From: a virus
Taxonomy: Duplodnaviria; Heunggongvirae; Uroviricota; Caudoviricetes
Virus record (IMG/VR): IMGVR_UViG_3300031994_000015
Coordinates: 94,276 to 158,275 of that record
Reading direction: 5' to 3' (one strand)
Length of the DNA: 64,000 bases
Part shown: positions 38,808 through 48,578 of the stretch, in pieces
How positions within the stretch are numbered: the first letter of the stretch is position 1
Layout of the letters: each line of letters starts with the position of its first letter
Position numbers and translations under genes: made by a program
Notes under the pieces: model-generated
Told to the model about the DNA's origin: nothing
Databases searched by the model: none
What the model saw: only the letters and a program-made list of their open reading frames with translations

Positions 38808-38928
38808 TCTTTTACCATTTCCTTTGAAATAAATTATTTTTATTAAATAATATTTATATAATATTGTTTTAATTTAGAAATTAAAATTTCATTGAAATAT
38901 AACAAATAAATTATAGAATTAAAAACGT

Positions 38929-40674
38929 ATGTTTATTAATGAAAATGGTTCAAATCAATGGAAGCAAATGTTGACAGAGAACTTTAATGTTACTGATAAA
39001 GAAAAACTTGAATGGGTTTCTCAATATGCTGCTATCCACGAAATTCACGAATCTCAATTAGGTATTAACAGTTTCGCTGGTACTCCAGGTGTAGTTCCAG
39101 GTCAAGGTGTAGGTCCTATCTATGCTACTCCTCTTAACACAATGGGTATGGGTAACATGACAGTTCCTCAACAATTACCAACTCAAAATATGGGTGTTCT
39201 TGGTGCTGATTTCCATAACCAACTCCCTGGTTCAGGTGATCTCCCAGTATCAACTCTTCCAATGGCTCTTAACGTTGCATTGTTAACTATTGGTCTTGAA
39301 TTGGTTCCAGTTATTCCAACTAAAGGTCCTTTCACTGTACTTACTTATATGGACTTCCCATATGCCGGTGGTAAGATGAATGTTACTGGTAACTTAACAA
39401 ACTTTGATGGTAAAGGTGAAGGTAAAGAAAATAAGCCAATCTATGTTAAGATTCTTGGTGATCTTGAAGATTTAGCTGCTGCTGCAGCTGCTGCTAAAGC
39501 TGCTGGTGTTGGTGCTACAATCGTTGTTAAAGGTGCTGATGGTACTGCATTTACTGGTAAGTTCAAGGGTATCGGTCGTAACGATGGTGGTATCTTACTT
39601 GAAACTGTTTCATGTGTAAAAGGTGACCAACCTGCTGCTATTACAGAAGTATTTAATGGTAATGTTACTATTAAGATCGGTGAAGCTGAAGCTGCTGCTC
39701 TTGCTGGTGCAAAAGCTGACTTCGTTCAAACTTCTGCTGACTTCATTGATGGTTTCGCTAACTTTATCGATGGTGGTCGTCGTCCAATGACACGTGCTGA
39801 AAACGAAACTGGTACAGGTAACTCACTTGGTCTTCGTTTGTTCAACAAATGGGTACAAGTTGGTTCTTATGAAGTTACTGGTGCTGTAACACGTCAACAA
39901 CTTCAAGACCTTCCATTATTTGGTGTTGATGCAGTTGGTAAGATCATGGAAGCTATGCAAAATGAAATTACTCAAACTATTAACCAAAGAATTCTTGAAA
40001 GAGTATTCGCACTTGGTGTAACTAACGCTGTTCAACAAAAGATGTTCCAAGGTGTTGATCTTAACTTGTTTATGGGTCGTTCAGCTACTTCTAAAGCACT
40101 TGCTGATTTCGAAGGAATTGGTGAATTCATCGATAACCGCGGTATTGATCGTAAGAATATCTTCAATGCAGTTCCTAATGTTGAAACATTAACTTCTGCT
40201 GAAAATACTCATACACGTCAACGTCGTATTTCTTCACGTATCTTAGCTGCTGCTAACCTTATCCAAACTGTTGGTCGTCGTGGTCGTGCTACATGGGTTG
40301 TTACTAACGCACAAGTAGCTACAGCTCTTCAAGATGTATCTCAATATGTTGTTGCTCCTATGGCTAACAATATGGCTCAAGATGGTTCTCAAAACTTATT
40401 CTTAGCTGGTACTCTTGCCGGTCTTAAGGTATATGTTGATCCATATATGACATGGGGTGATACACGTGTTTGTGTTGGACGTAAAGGTGATGGTAACTCT
40501 CCTGGTGTTATCTTTATGCCTTATATCCTTGCTGATACTGTATCTATTACAGCTGAAGGTACAATGGCTCCTAAGATGCTTGTTAATAGCCGTTATGCTA
40601 TTGTTGAAGCTGGTTTCTATCCAGAACTCCAATACATCACATTCGCTATCAACAACGAATTTGGACTTGTTTAA
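38929..40674 (+). CDS. major capsid protein, T4 gp23-like, with N-terminal propeptide
   Basis: VGPIYATPLNTMGMGN and ALLTIGLELVPVIPTKGPFTVL align with T4 gp23 IGPAVMGMV and IAFDICGVQPMNSPTGQVFAL; AAIHEIHE provides I-x-E cleavage sites; GC-rich codons. Confidence 0.65.
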   Translation: MFINENGSNQWKQMLTENFNVTDKEKLEWVSQYAAIHEIHESQLGINSFAGTPGVVPGQGVGPIYATPLNTMGMGNMTVPQQLPTQNMGVLGADFHNQLPGSGDLPVSTLPMALNVALLTIGLELVPVIPTKGPFTVLTYMDFPYAGGKMNVTGNLTNFDGKGEGKENKPIYVKILGDLEDLAAAAAAAKAAGVGATIVVKGADGTAFTGKFKGIGRNDGGILLETVSCVKGDQPAAITEVFNGNVTIKIGEAEAAALAGAKADFVQTSADFIDGFANFIDGGRRPMTRAENETGTGNSLGLRLFNKWVQVGSYEVTGAVTRQQLQDLPLFGVDAVGKIMEAMQNEITQTINQRILERVFALGVTNAVQQKMFQGVDLNLFMGRSATSKALADFEGIGEFIDNRGIDRKNIFNAVPNVETLTSAENTHTRQRRISSRILAAANLIQTVGRRGRATWVVTNAQVATALQDVSQYVVAPMANNMAQDGSQNLFLAGTLAGLKVYVDPYMTWGDTRVCVGRKGDGNSPGVIFMPYILADTVSITAEGTMAPKMLVNSRYAIVEAGFYPELQYITFAINNEFGLV

Positions 40675-40735
40675 TCTTTGTAGAGACAATTCTCGCCTCT
40701 ATATATTATCTAGTGAGTTTCAAACTCACAAACTT

Positions 40736-40767
40736 GGGAGTTCAAACGAACTCCCTTTTTTATTTTT
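40736..40767 (+). terminator. Rho-independent terminator (gggagttcaaacgaactccc + T6AT5), preceded by a second hairpin gtgagtttcaaactcac at 40714-40730
   Basis: Two consecutive hairpins after the capsid gene. Confidence 0.7.
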
Positions 40768-40832
40768 CTAATAATATAAAAACGTAATAATATTAAATTC
40801 CAACCCGATTAAAAAATATTATTTTTAATAAA

Positions 40833-40866
40833 TTACATATAATATGTAAGCAAATAATAAATATAT
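40833..40866 (+). promoter_or_regulatory. variant of the conserved motif (TTACATATAATATGTAAGCAAATAATAAATAT) upstream of the sheath gene
   Basis: Shares ATATGTAA + CAAATAATAAA with 11852 and 30744. Confidence 0.4.
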
Positions 40867-40885
40867 AAAAATAGAAGTATATAAT

Positions 40886-43800
40886 ATGGCAATTCCTGTT
40901 TATTTACAACAATTTAAAGCTGCTGGTATATACCGTGTTGTTTTTGATAAATCAACTGTTTTAAATCAAGATACCCAAATGCTTAGATTGGTTGTCGGTT
41001 ATTCAGAAAAGGGTCCTTTCAATGTACCTGTTTATATTAAGGATTCTGGTGAATTTAGACAAATTTTCGGTGAGCCAAGTAGAAAATTAGAAAAGCGTGG
41101 TATTTTCTTCCACCGTCTTGCTCTTCAAATGCTTCAAGTAAGTCCTATTCTTTGCTTGAACTTGAAGAAATTCGATGGTGAAACTGTATCAGGTGCAACT
41201 ATCTCTACCGACTTCAACCCTAAATTTAATCCAATTGACACAGTTAAGCTTAAGGTCGAAGATATCTATGACACTACTCGTTTCTGGGATCTCGATGAAA
41301 ACCAATTGAATGGTGCTCGTTCAGTTGAAGGTACAGTTCTTGACCAATATATCAACATTTGTGTTAAAGATACAAAAGCAAATTCTGGTACATACTTTAT
41401 CCGTAAAGCAAGCGGACAAAAGGTAGCTGGATATAATTTAACAGTACATGATTGGTATAGTGACAGAGCTGAAGAAATTCCTGAATACCTTGAAGGTAAA
41501 GAAAATAACTTGATGTCTGACTATTTTGCTGAAATCTATGTATTCAAAGGAAAGTTCACTGCTAAGCAAGTTCTTGCATCTGAAACTCTTAAGAATTACT
41601 TCATGATTACAGATGAATTAGACGAAAATGATGAACCAGTTCTTGTTCTTCGTAACCAAGTATTTGATGGTTTTGGTGATCCAGTTGATCCACTTGATGC
41701 TCTTTACAATGACGAAACATCTGGAGCTATTGGTCACTGGGTAGGTTCTCTTATTCCTGACTTTAAGAATAAGCAAGGTGCTTATGCAGCTCTTAATGTA
41801 TTATTCAATTCAGATGCTGATATTCACAATATGATGATGTCATTCAACACTGATCTTCTTGAAGAAGGTGATGGTGCTAATATTGATCTTTCTGGTCGTT
41901 TATTCATTCCTACAAATACTGCTGTAGCTCAAAAGAAAGTTTACAATAAATCTCTTTCTCTTGAAAAGATTTATGATGGTACTGCAACTACAACTGTTTT
42001 AGGTAACGTTAATGCACCTGTTATCGCTGATGAAATCAAGTTTGGTGTTAATGTTTATGATCTTTCTGCTCCAGAAGGTGAAGGTGCACTTGTTCCACTT
42101 GAAACTAATGGTAAGACAAAGATCTATGGTACATTATATGTATCTGAAATCAATCATGAAATTCCTAAGACTGTTCAAGAATTAGGTGAAAAAGGTGAAA
42201 ACGATGAATACCCATCAGAAACAGTTGAAAAGAAATATGTAATCTCTACTATTACTCTTAATCAAGTAGGTAATACTGATGAAGATAAGAAGATTACTAT
42301 CACTGTTGATAATAAATACCAAGCTATGAAGATAGCTGCTAAATTAGGTGTTCTTGTTAAATCATACTACACCGAAGAAGATGTAGCTGCTGCTGAAGCA
42401 GAATTATTAGAAGGTGAAACACTTCCATTTAAAGCTGGTGATCCAAAAGAACTTAAGCTTGAAGATGGTTATGGTACATACTATGCAGGAGATGCATTTA
42501 TGGACGAAGAAGAACCACTTGATGGTCCTGAAAAAGTTATTACTTCTATCTCTCGTCTTGAAGGTGGATATTCAGAAGATTATGATATCTTTACTGATGT
42601 TGATAATAACCTTAAAGTTAACTTCTTAAATGTTGATATTATAACTAACACAAGATTTGTTAATGAAGGTAAAATTGGTGAAAACTCAGTATATGGTACT
42701 TCTGTTTCATTCATTGATTTTAATGATAACAACTGGGATTTTGTTGATGACCAAATCATTGATGGAGTATATGGTACACCTGCTCTTATTTCTAAGAATT
42801 ACTGCGATAAGTCATTACTTGCAGTTCTTCAAAATGGTGATACTATCTTAGCTGATGATGGTACTAATGATATGAACCTTGATGGTGAAATCGATGATAA
42901 AGATAAAGATTTGTACTACGATAACGTTTATGTTACAGGTTTTGGTACTGAATACTATAAAGCAGATGATGATGAAGTTAAAGCTGGTACAAAAGAAGTT
43001 GGTGAATTCAAATTCTACTATGTAACTTTCTCAGCTGAACCACTTCTTCTTATTGCTAAACCAACTGAAAATGCTAAGTTATCTCAAAATAACTACATCA
43101 TTCGTGTTGATGGTGCTCTTAACAGAGAAGTAGGTACAATGGTTCCTCAATATCTTGAAGGTTATACTTACAAGAATGATAAACCAGAAGGAACAGGTAT
43201 GTGGGCAAAAGTTCAATGGCAAAACTTTATCCTTTCAGCTTTAACAGATTACAAAGGTCTTCGTACTGGTCTTCTTAATAAGTCTGAAATTGATTATCGT
43301 TATGTAATTGATACATTTGAATCATTCCCACAAGCTAGCCTTAAGAATGTTCTTTCATTCTTATGTAAAGAAAAGCAATCTGCTTTCTGTATCGCTAACT
43401 TCCCATCAGTTAAATCATTTGTTAAATGTCCTTATGCATCATTTACTGATAGAAGAGGTTTATTCGATGTACAATATGTTGTAGATGGATTCAATAAGAA
43501 AAAAGCTGCTTCAATTAAGTTTGCTTTACCATCAGATGCAGATGGTGCTTCATTTATTGCATTCTACACACCTCTTAAGTTCTCTGATGGTTATATTGAC
43601 AGTATTATTCCATCTGCAGGTCTTGTTTCTAACTTATTCGTTGACAAGTACATTTCTCGTCAACCATACTACATAGTTGCAGGTCCTAACTACGGTAATA
43701 TTACTGCATCTGGTCTTGTTGGTCCTGACCATAAGTACTCACAAGATGAACTTCAAATTATTGAACCATTTGGTGTTAACTGTATGGTTTACCGTCCAAA

Positions 43801-44188
43801 CTTCGGTACATTCATCAATGCTAACCAAACAGCTAAACAAACACCTGTTTCAGCTCTTTCTAAAGTTCATGTTCGTGAATTGGTTATCTACTTACAAGAT
43901 GAAATTGAAAAGGTTCTTCAACGTTATCAATGGGAATTCAACAACCAACGTACTCGTAATGCTATCCTTGATAAAGCTAATAACATCTGTGAACTTGTAA
44001 AAGCTAACGGTGGTCTTCAAGACTATAAGAATATCATGGATGAATCTAACAACACACCAGAAATTATCGATAATGAAATGGCTGTATTGTCTACACATAT
44101 CGAACCTGGTCGTGGTATGGGTAAGATGGTTCACGAATTACATATCTACAGAACTGGAGAAATGCAAGCTTCTATAAGCGCTCAATAA
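40886..44188 (+). CDS. tail sheath protein, T4 gp18-like (1100 aa)
   Basis: C-terminal region VHVRELVIYL...QWEFNNQRTRNAI...GGLQDYKNIMDESNNTPEIIDNEMAVLSTHIEPGRG aligns with T4 gp18 INVRRLFNML...LFELNNAFTRSSF...GGIYEYRVVCDTTNNTPSVIDRNEFVATFYIQPARS. Confidence 0.75.
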   Translation: MAIPVYLQQFKAAGIYRVVFDKSTVLNQDTQMLRLVVGYSEKGPFNVPVYIKDSGEFRQIFGEPSRKLEKRGIFFHRLALQMLQVSPILCLNLKKFDGETVSGATISTDFNPKFNPIDTVKLKVEDIYDTTRFWDLDENQLNGARSVEGTVLDQYINICVKDTKANSGTYFIRKASGQKVAGYNLTVHDWYSDRAEEIPEYLEGKENNLMSDYFAEIYVFKGKFTAKQVLASETLKNYFMITDELDENDEPVLVLRNQVFDGFGDPVDPLDALYNDETSGAIGHWVGSLIPDFKNKQGAYAALNVLFNSDADIHNMMMSFNTDLLEEGDGANIDLSGRLFIPTNTAVAQKKVYNKSLSLEKIYDGTATTTVLGNVNAPVIADEIKFGVNVYDLSAPEGEGALVPLETNGKTKIYGTLYVSEINHEIPKTVQELGEKGENDEYPSETVEKKYVISTITLNQVGNTDEDKKITITVDNKYQAMKIAAKLGVLVKSYYTEEDVAAAEAELLEGETLPFKAGDPKELKLEDGYGTYYAGDAFMDEEEPLDGPEKVITSISRLEGGYSEDYDIFTDVDNNLKVNFLNVDIITNTRFVNEGKIGENSVYGTSVSFIDFNDNNWDFVDDQIIDGVYGTPALISKNYCDKSLLAVLQNGDTILADDGTNDMNLDGEIDDKDKDLYYDNVYVTGFGTEYYKADDDEVKAGTKEVGEFKFYYVTFSAEPLLLIAKPTENAKLSQNNYIIRVDGALNREVGTMVPQYLEGYTYKNDKPEGTGMWAKVQWQNFILSALTDYKGLRTGLLNKSEIDYRYVIDTFESFPQASLKNVLSFLCKEKQSAFCIANFPSVKSFVKCPYASFTDRRGLFDVQYVVDGFNKKKAASIKFALPSDADGASFIAFYTPLKFSDGYIDSIIPSAGLVSNLFVDKYISRQPYYIVAGPNYGNITASGLVGPDHKYSQDELQIIEPFGVNCMVYRPNFGTFINANQTAKQTPVSALSKVHVRELVIYLQDEIEKVLQRYQWEFNNQRTRNAILDKANNICELVKANGGLQDYKNIMDESNNTPEIIDNEMAVLSTHIEPGRGMGKMVHELHIYRTGEMQASISAQ

Positions 44189-44197
44189 ACATAATAA

Positions 44198-44226
44198 AAG
44201 TAGAGGAAGAAATTCCTCTACTTTAT
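44198..44226 (+). terminator. terminator-like hairpin (aagtagaggaagaaattcctctactt), weak T-tail
   Basis: 10-bp stem after the sheath gene. Confidence 0.4.
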
Positions 44227-44282
44227 AAAAGTTTATTATTTTTATAAAAGAAATACTAAATATATAATATTATATAGACAAT

Positions 44283-44876
44283 ATGGCACAAGAGTTAAAT
44301 CACTTACCTCATATTAGAAATATGGAAGCTGGTATTAACAAATGGGATCCAGTTCACAAGCAAATATATGAAGTATATTTTGAATTGCCACCTGCATTAC
44401 AAGAAATTGCACAATTACAATCAGACTCTGGTCTTATTTTAACTCACCAAGTTACTAATGTATCAGGTCTTGATGCACTTCAAAAGACTACAACTGCTGG
44501 TGAACAAAAGTTCTATGGTACTACAGTTTCATTCTTGAACCCAACACTTGATACTACTGCTGCTGATATTACAATTACTTACAACATGAACTTACGTAAC
44601 GTAACAGATAACTACGTTCTTAAGATATTCCGTGCTTGGGAAGATTTGTCATATGATCAACAAACTGGTGCTCGTGGTATTAAGACAGACTATATTTCTG
44701 ATAAGATTCGTATTGCTGAAGCTAACCGTAACGGTCAAATTTGGAGATCTTATATCTTCCACCACGTAATGCTTACTGCTGTTACTGGTCTTGAAGATTT
44801 GGATTATTCTTCAAATGATGCTCGTCAATTGACTACAACATTCCGTTGCGACTTCTGGGATGATGAAATTGCTTAA
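44283..44876 (+). CDS. putative tail tube protein (gp19-like by position and size)
   Basis: 197-aa ORF directly downstream of the sheath gene; GC-rich codons; no direct motif. Confidence 0.45.
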   Translation: MAQELNHLPHIRNMEAGINKWDPVHKQIYEVYFELPPALQEIAQLQSDSGLILTHQVTNVSGLDALQKTTTAGEQKFYGTTVSFLNPTLDTTAADITITYNMNLRNVTDNYVLKIFRAWEDLSYDQQTGARGIKTDYISDKIRIAEANRNGQIWRSYIFHHVMLTAVTGLEDLDYSSNDARQLTTTFRCDFWDDEIA

Positions 44877-44972
44877 ACTTTTCGATGTAAATTATTTATT
44901 TTTACTAAAATATATAGGAGGTACATTATTTGTACTTCCTATTGTTTTTAAATAAAATTATACATAAATCAC

Positions 44973-45314
44973 ATGAATCTAATAGATAAAAAATTATATA
45001 GTTCTAAAACATTATTTGGTAAGAGAATCTTAATAGAGAGAAATACTAATACAGATAAAATATATTATATAATGAAGTTGGTAAATTCTCAAGAAGAAAA
45101 CCATAATGTACAATTCTTTGGAGAGAGAAAATACTATTTCTGTATTCCAACTGACAATAGAACTAAATGCTATTGTTATAATAATATATCAGTAATAGAT
45201 ATAGAATGGAATGATAAAGTATATGCGATTTCTGAAGATGAATATCTTGACATATTCAAGAAATTTGTCAAATATGATGGAATGGATAAGAACAATATAG
45301 ATTTTAATTTTTAA
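44973..45314 (+). CDS. hypothetical protein
   Basis: 113-aa ORF, last plus-strand gene before the convergent block. Confidence 0.45.
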   Translation: MNLIDKKLYSSKTLFGKRILIERNTNTDKIYYIMKLVNSQEENHNVQFFGERKYYFCIPTDNRTKCYCYNNISVIDIEWNDKVYAISEDEYLDIFKKFVKYDGMDKNNIDFNF

Positions 45315-45320
45315 AAGAAA

Positions 45321-45387
45321 CACACAGGTTAACTTTTATTAACTTATTTGAAAGATATTTATAATTGTTAATAAAAGTTAACCTGTG
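45321..45387. terminator. bidirectional terminator: perfect 21-bp inverted repeat (cacaggttaacttttattaac / gttaataaaagttaacctgtg) with a 23-nt loop
   Basis: Sits between the convergent genes 44973(+) and 45397(-). Confidence 0.6.
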
Positions 45388-45396
45388 GGCATTCTG

Positions 45397-46191
45397 TTAT
45401 TCTTCTCCTTTATCTTGTGATATTTCCCAAGAGTGTTCTACATAATTTGGTTCTTTTGTAGTAATATCTAAACCGAATTCATATTTTAAATCATGTGTCT
45501 CTTGGGTATATCCATATTTGTTCATCAAACGATAAGAATCATTAAATGTTTGGAATATTTTCCAAATCTTAGATGGAGAGTCTTCTTTAGGTATTCCACC
45601 ATTTTTATAATATTCAAAGTCTGCTAATTTCTTGAAATCTTTGAATTGAAGTTCACCATCAGTAATATATTCTGCAGCTTTACCTAATTGTTTAATTCTT
45701 CTATTTAATACTAAATTAATATATTCTCGTTTGGTAGCAGAATCATTCATTATTTGTTCAAATTCTGCTGATTTATAATCAGTAAATGGCTTATATTCTT
45801 GATTATCTTCATCTGTAATCTTTAATTCATCACCATTCATATAAGATTCTAAGAAAGAATGTCTGATATTTGTAGTAAATAATCTTTGTTCAAAATCTTC
45901 TGAGAATTTTTCAATTGCTTTATCATGCAATTTATCATTATTCTTTAATGAACAAATTCTTACAAATTCAAGATATGTAGGCTTATCAATTGGTGTCAAT
46001 TCTAATGCCTTTACATAATCTACTTCTTTAATTTCTTTTAATTGTTCATCAACTAATTTATGAGTATCATTAGCGGCATCAATAAGCTTATGTATTTGCT
46101 CATTAATAGTTAAACCTTCTAATTTTAACTCTTCATTAAACTTCTCATAAAATTTCTTCAATTTTTGTTGTGGATCTACTTTTCTTGCCAT
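45397..46191 (-). CDS. hypothetical protein (264 aa)
   Basis: Last gene of the minus-strand block. Confidence 0.55.
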   Translation of the reverse strand: MARKVDPQQKLKKFYEKFNEELKLEGLTINEQIHKLIDAANDTHKLVDEQLKEIKEVDYVKALELTPIDKPTYLEFVRICSLKNNDKLHDKAIEKFSEDFEQRLFTTNIRHSFLESYMNGDELKITDEDNQEYKPFTDYKSAEFEQIMNDSATKREYINLVLNRRIKQLGKAAEYITDGELQFKDFKKLADFEYYKNGGIPKEDSPSKIWKIFQTFNDSYRLMNKYGYTQETHDLKYEFGLDITTKEPNYVEHSWEISQDKGEE

Positions 46192-46469
46192 ATTATCATT
46201 TTTCTATTTTTATACAACAATCTCTTGAACATTGATCTTTGTAATAGTCATAAAATTTACACATATTAAATTTACACATATTACTTTCTTCTCTATCAAG
46301 ATTTTCCATGTTTCAAACCTAATTTATAAAATTCTTCTGCAAATTCTCTATAAACACCAGAATCTAATGTTGAACTACTATCTATATGATAATTCCAACA
46401 CATTTTTCTAAATTCATTTTCAAATTCTTCTCCCATATAAGTCACTTAACATAGTAAGAAACAAATTTT

Positions 46470-46706
46470 TTAATTTTCATTTCTATACTTTTTTAACCAA
46501 TTAGCAATTTTTTTATTATATGATTGAACTAATATTAAAATAGTAAATACAAGTATAAAAAATAAATTTGTAATTGTAACATCACCAAATACTTTCATAG
46601 TGATAATATTACTTACAAGCCATGATGACCATATAGTCCAAAATACTAAATCTTTATTGGTTCTTATTAGTTTACCAGGTTTTATTATATTCATATTACT
46701 TTTCAT
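46470..46706 (-). CDS. small membrane protein (two predicted TM helices)
   Basis: 78-aa hydrophobic ORF. Confidence 0.4.
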   Translation of the reverse strand: MKSNMNIIKPGKLIRTNKDLVFWTIWSSWLVSNIITMKVFGDVTITNLFFILVFTILILVQSYNKKIANWLKKYRNEN

Positions 46707-46965
46707 CTAAAAGAGCATCTAAATATCTCCATCTTACAATTCCATCCTTGTCACAGAAATAATCATCTGCTTCTTCATCATCCGAACATTCTTCTGTTAC
46801 GTTCCAATATCTAATTCCAAAGAATCCAACATCTTCAACTAAACAAGGAATTTGTGGATAGTGTTTATTTTCATATTGTCCAAATATTTGAGGATATTCT
46901 CCCTTTTCTGTATAATGCCATTTATTATCCATATTAATAATTATATTTATATTTTCATAATACAT
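46696..46965 (-). CDS. hypothetical protein
   Basis: 89-aa ORF. Confidence 0.4.
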   Translation of the reverse strand: MYYENINIIINMDNKWHYTEKGEYPQIFGQYENKHYPQIPCLVEDVGFFGIRYWNVTEECSDDEEADDYFCDKDGIVRWRYLDALLDEK

Positions 46966-47156
46966 TTTCCTTTACATCCCCATGTTGCAAAATCCCAATC
47001 TTTATCTTTTGGTTGAATATATGCATTACCTGCATGGAACATTTTAATTATACCTTCACAAAGTTGTATTTTTCCTTTACTACCATCTTGTTTAAATACA
47101 AATATTACTTCATCTCCTTCTTTTAATTCTTTTCCTTTAAAATCTTTCATAATCAA
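46947..47156 (-). CDS. hypothetical protein
   Basis: 69-aa ORF. Confidence 0.35.
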   Translation of the reverse strand: MIMKDFKGKELKEGDEVIFVFKQDGSKGKIQLCEGIIKMFHAGNAYIQPKDKDWDFATWGCKGKCIMKI

Positions 47157-47184
47157 TTAGAATTTAGATTGTAAATATGTTGCT

Positions 47185-47679
47185 TCATAATCCAAGTTCC
47201 ATTTGTGTTGGTTGCTTTGGTTCATCGTATTCTGGAAGTTCTCCTCTGTCTCGTAAATAAGTAAGTCTAGAGCAGAACTCTTGTCTTGTAAGTACTGTCT
47301 CGGAACTTTTGTTTTTTCCAATAGAATGTTCCAAAGCCGCTCCATTTGTAGCTTGTAAAGCTTTATAGAAGCTTCCATTTTTATAAAGTCTATTGTAGGC
47401 TCTATTGAGGAGATTTTGGTATGCTTCTGAATCTCGTTTATATGTTCTTCCATTCCAATATAGTTCTTGTTTTTGATACCACTTCTTTTTCTTTCCTTTA
47501 AATTTTGCGGCCTTACCAACTAATGTACATACATATCTTTGCATTTCTATAGATTCAAATTTCAATGCTTGTAAAAATCCTTCCATAGATGCACATTCAA
47601 CACCATCTATTTCAAACGGATGTGGAGAAAAATTTGATAATGCCGCACTTGGATAACCATTTCCGCTTCCTATATCCAT
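47185..47679 (-). CDS. NADAR-domain protein (YbiA-like, DUF1768)
   Basis: LSNFSPHPFEIDGVECASMEGFLQALKF aligns with E. coli YbiA FSNFAAWPIKVDGKTWPTSEHYFQAQKF; conserved C-terminal region continues with ALEH. Confidence 0.65.
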   Translation of the reverse strand: MDIGSGNGYPSAALSNFSPHPFEIDGVECASMEGFLQALKFESIEMQRYVCTLVGKAAKFKGKKKKWYQKQELYWNGRTYKRDSEAYQNLLNRAYNRLYKNGSFYKALQATNGAALEHSIGKNKSSETVLTRQEFCSRLTYLRDRGELPEYDEPKQPTQMELGL

Positions 47680-47681
47680 AT

Positions 47682-48578
47682 CTATGAATTATATTTATTT
47701 AATTGTATTTCTTTAAATTCTTTAATCTGAGTATAATATTCTTTGAATAACTTAATTTTTTCTGGTGTTTTATTATTATACACAAAATAATGTTGACCGG
47801 TATATCTTGGTTCATAATTATTTACTTTTCTATCACATCTACCTCTTAAAGATTTATATTTAATATATTCTTCGGTAGATTTAGTTACATAATGACTTAA
47901 ATATGCTGTTTGATAATATTCTTTATTTATAAAAATTTGAGTATAATAACTATCACCTTTACCTTCCCTTATCTTTTTTGTAAAATTAAAATTACCTAAT
48001 ACATCACATACTTTAATTTTATATCCTTCTTGAAAATTTCCTAATTCTGGTTCATGTATACTATATAATTGAATAACTTCATTTAAATGCCCACGAATAA
48101 AGTATTTAATCCCATTAAAATAACTGAATTTAGTTGGTTTAGTAAATCTTTCTTTTACTGGTTTAGGTTCATAATGTATTTTTCCAGAATCTCCATAATT
48201 TTTCCAACAAAACAAAATAGAATCTGTATTTTGAAATATAGATTGATTTAGAAAATCTTTGATATTTGTTTGTTTCTTTATTTCTACAAACTCATCTATA
48301 TCTATAAAACCTATCCAATCAAATTCTTCTTTTCTATTTTGATATATTTCTGCATAAAAAGTTTGTTGATATCCTAATTTATCATTTAAATTAACAAGTT
48401 CTACATATCCACTATCTATATAACTTTGAATAATTGGTTGTAATGGTATTTCATAATTACTATCATTATTATCTCCAATAATTATATGATCTACTCCAAT
48501 TTTTTTATGCCATTCAATCCATTCTTGAATATATAGTTCTTCCATTTTAGCAATGGCACAAATCCATATTTTATTCAT
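47682..48578 (-). CDS. glycosyltransferase, GT92-like (paralog B)
   Basis: CAIAKMEELYIQEWIEWHKKIGVDHIIIGDNNDS...FIDIDEF pattern; paralogous to 54864..55760. Confidence 0.5.
   Translation of the reverse strand: MNKIWICAIAKMEELYIQEWIEWHKKIGVDHIIIGDNNDSNYEIPLQPIIQSYIDSGYVELVNLNDKLGYQQTFYAEIYQNRKEEFDWIGFIDIDEFVEIKKQTNIKDFLNQSIFQNTDSILFCWKNYGDSGKIHYEPKPVKERFTKPTKFSYFNGIKYFIRGHLNEVIQLYSIHEPELGNFQEGYKIKVCDVLGNFNFTKKIREGKGDSYYTQIFINKEYYQTAYLSHYVTKSTEEYIKYKSLRGRCDRKVNNYEPRYTGQHYFVYNNKTPEKIKLFKEYYTQIKEFKEIQLNKYNS

Noticed and set aside
42414-44134. Small ORFs inside the sheath gene on both strands
   Set aside because: Shadow ORFs within a 1100-aa gene that has a strong homology signal.
47157-47519. 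120-aa minus-strand ORF overlapping the NADAR gene in another frame
   Set aside because: The NADAR frame has clear homology; the overlapping frame has none.
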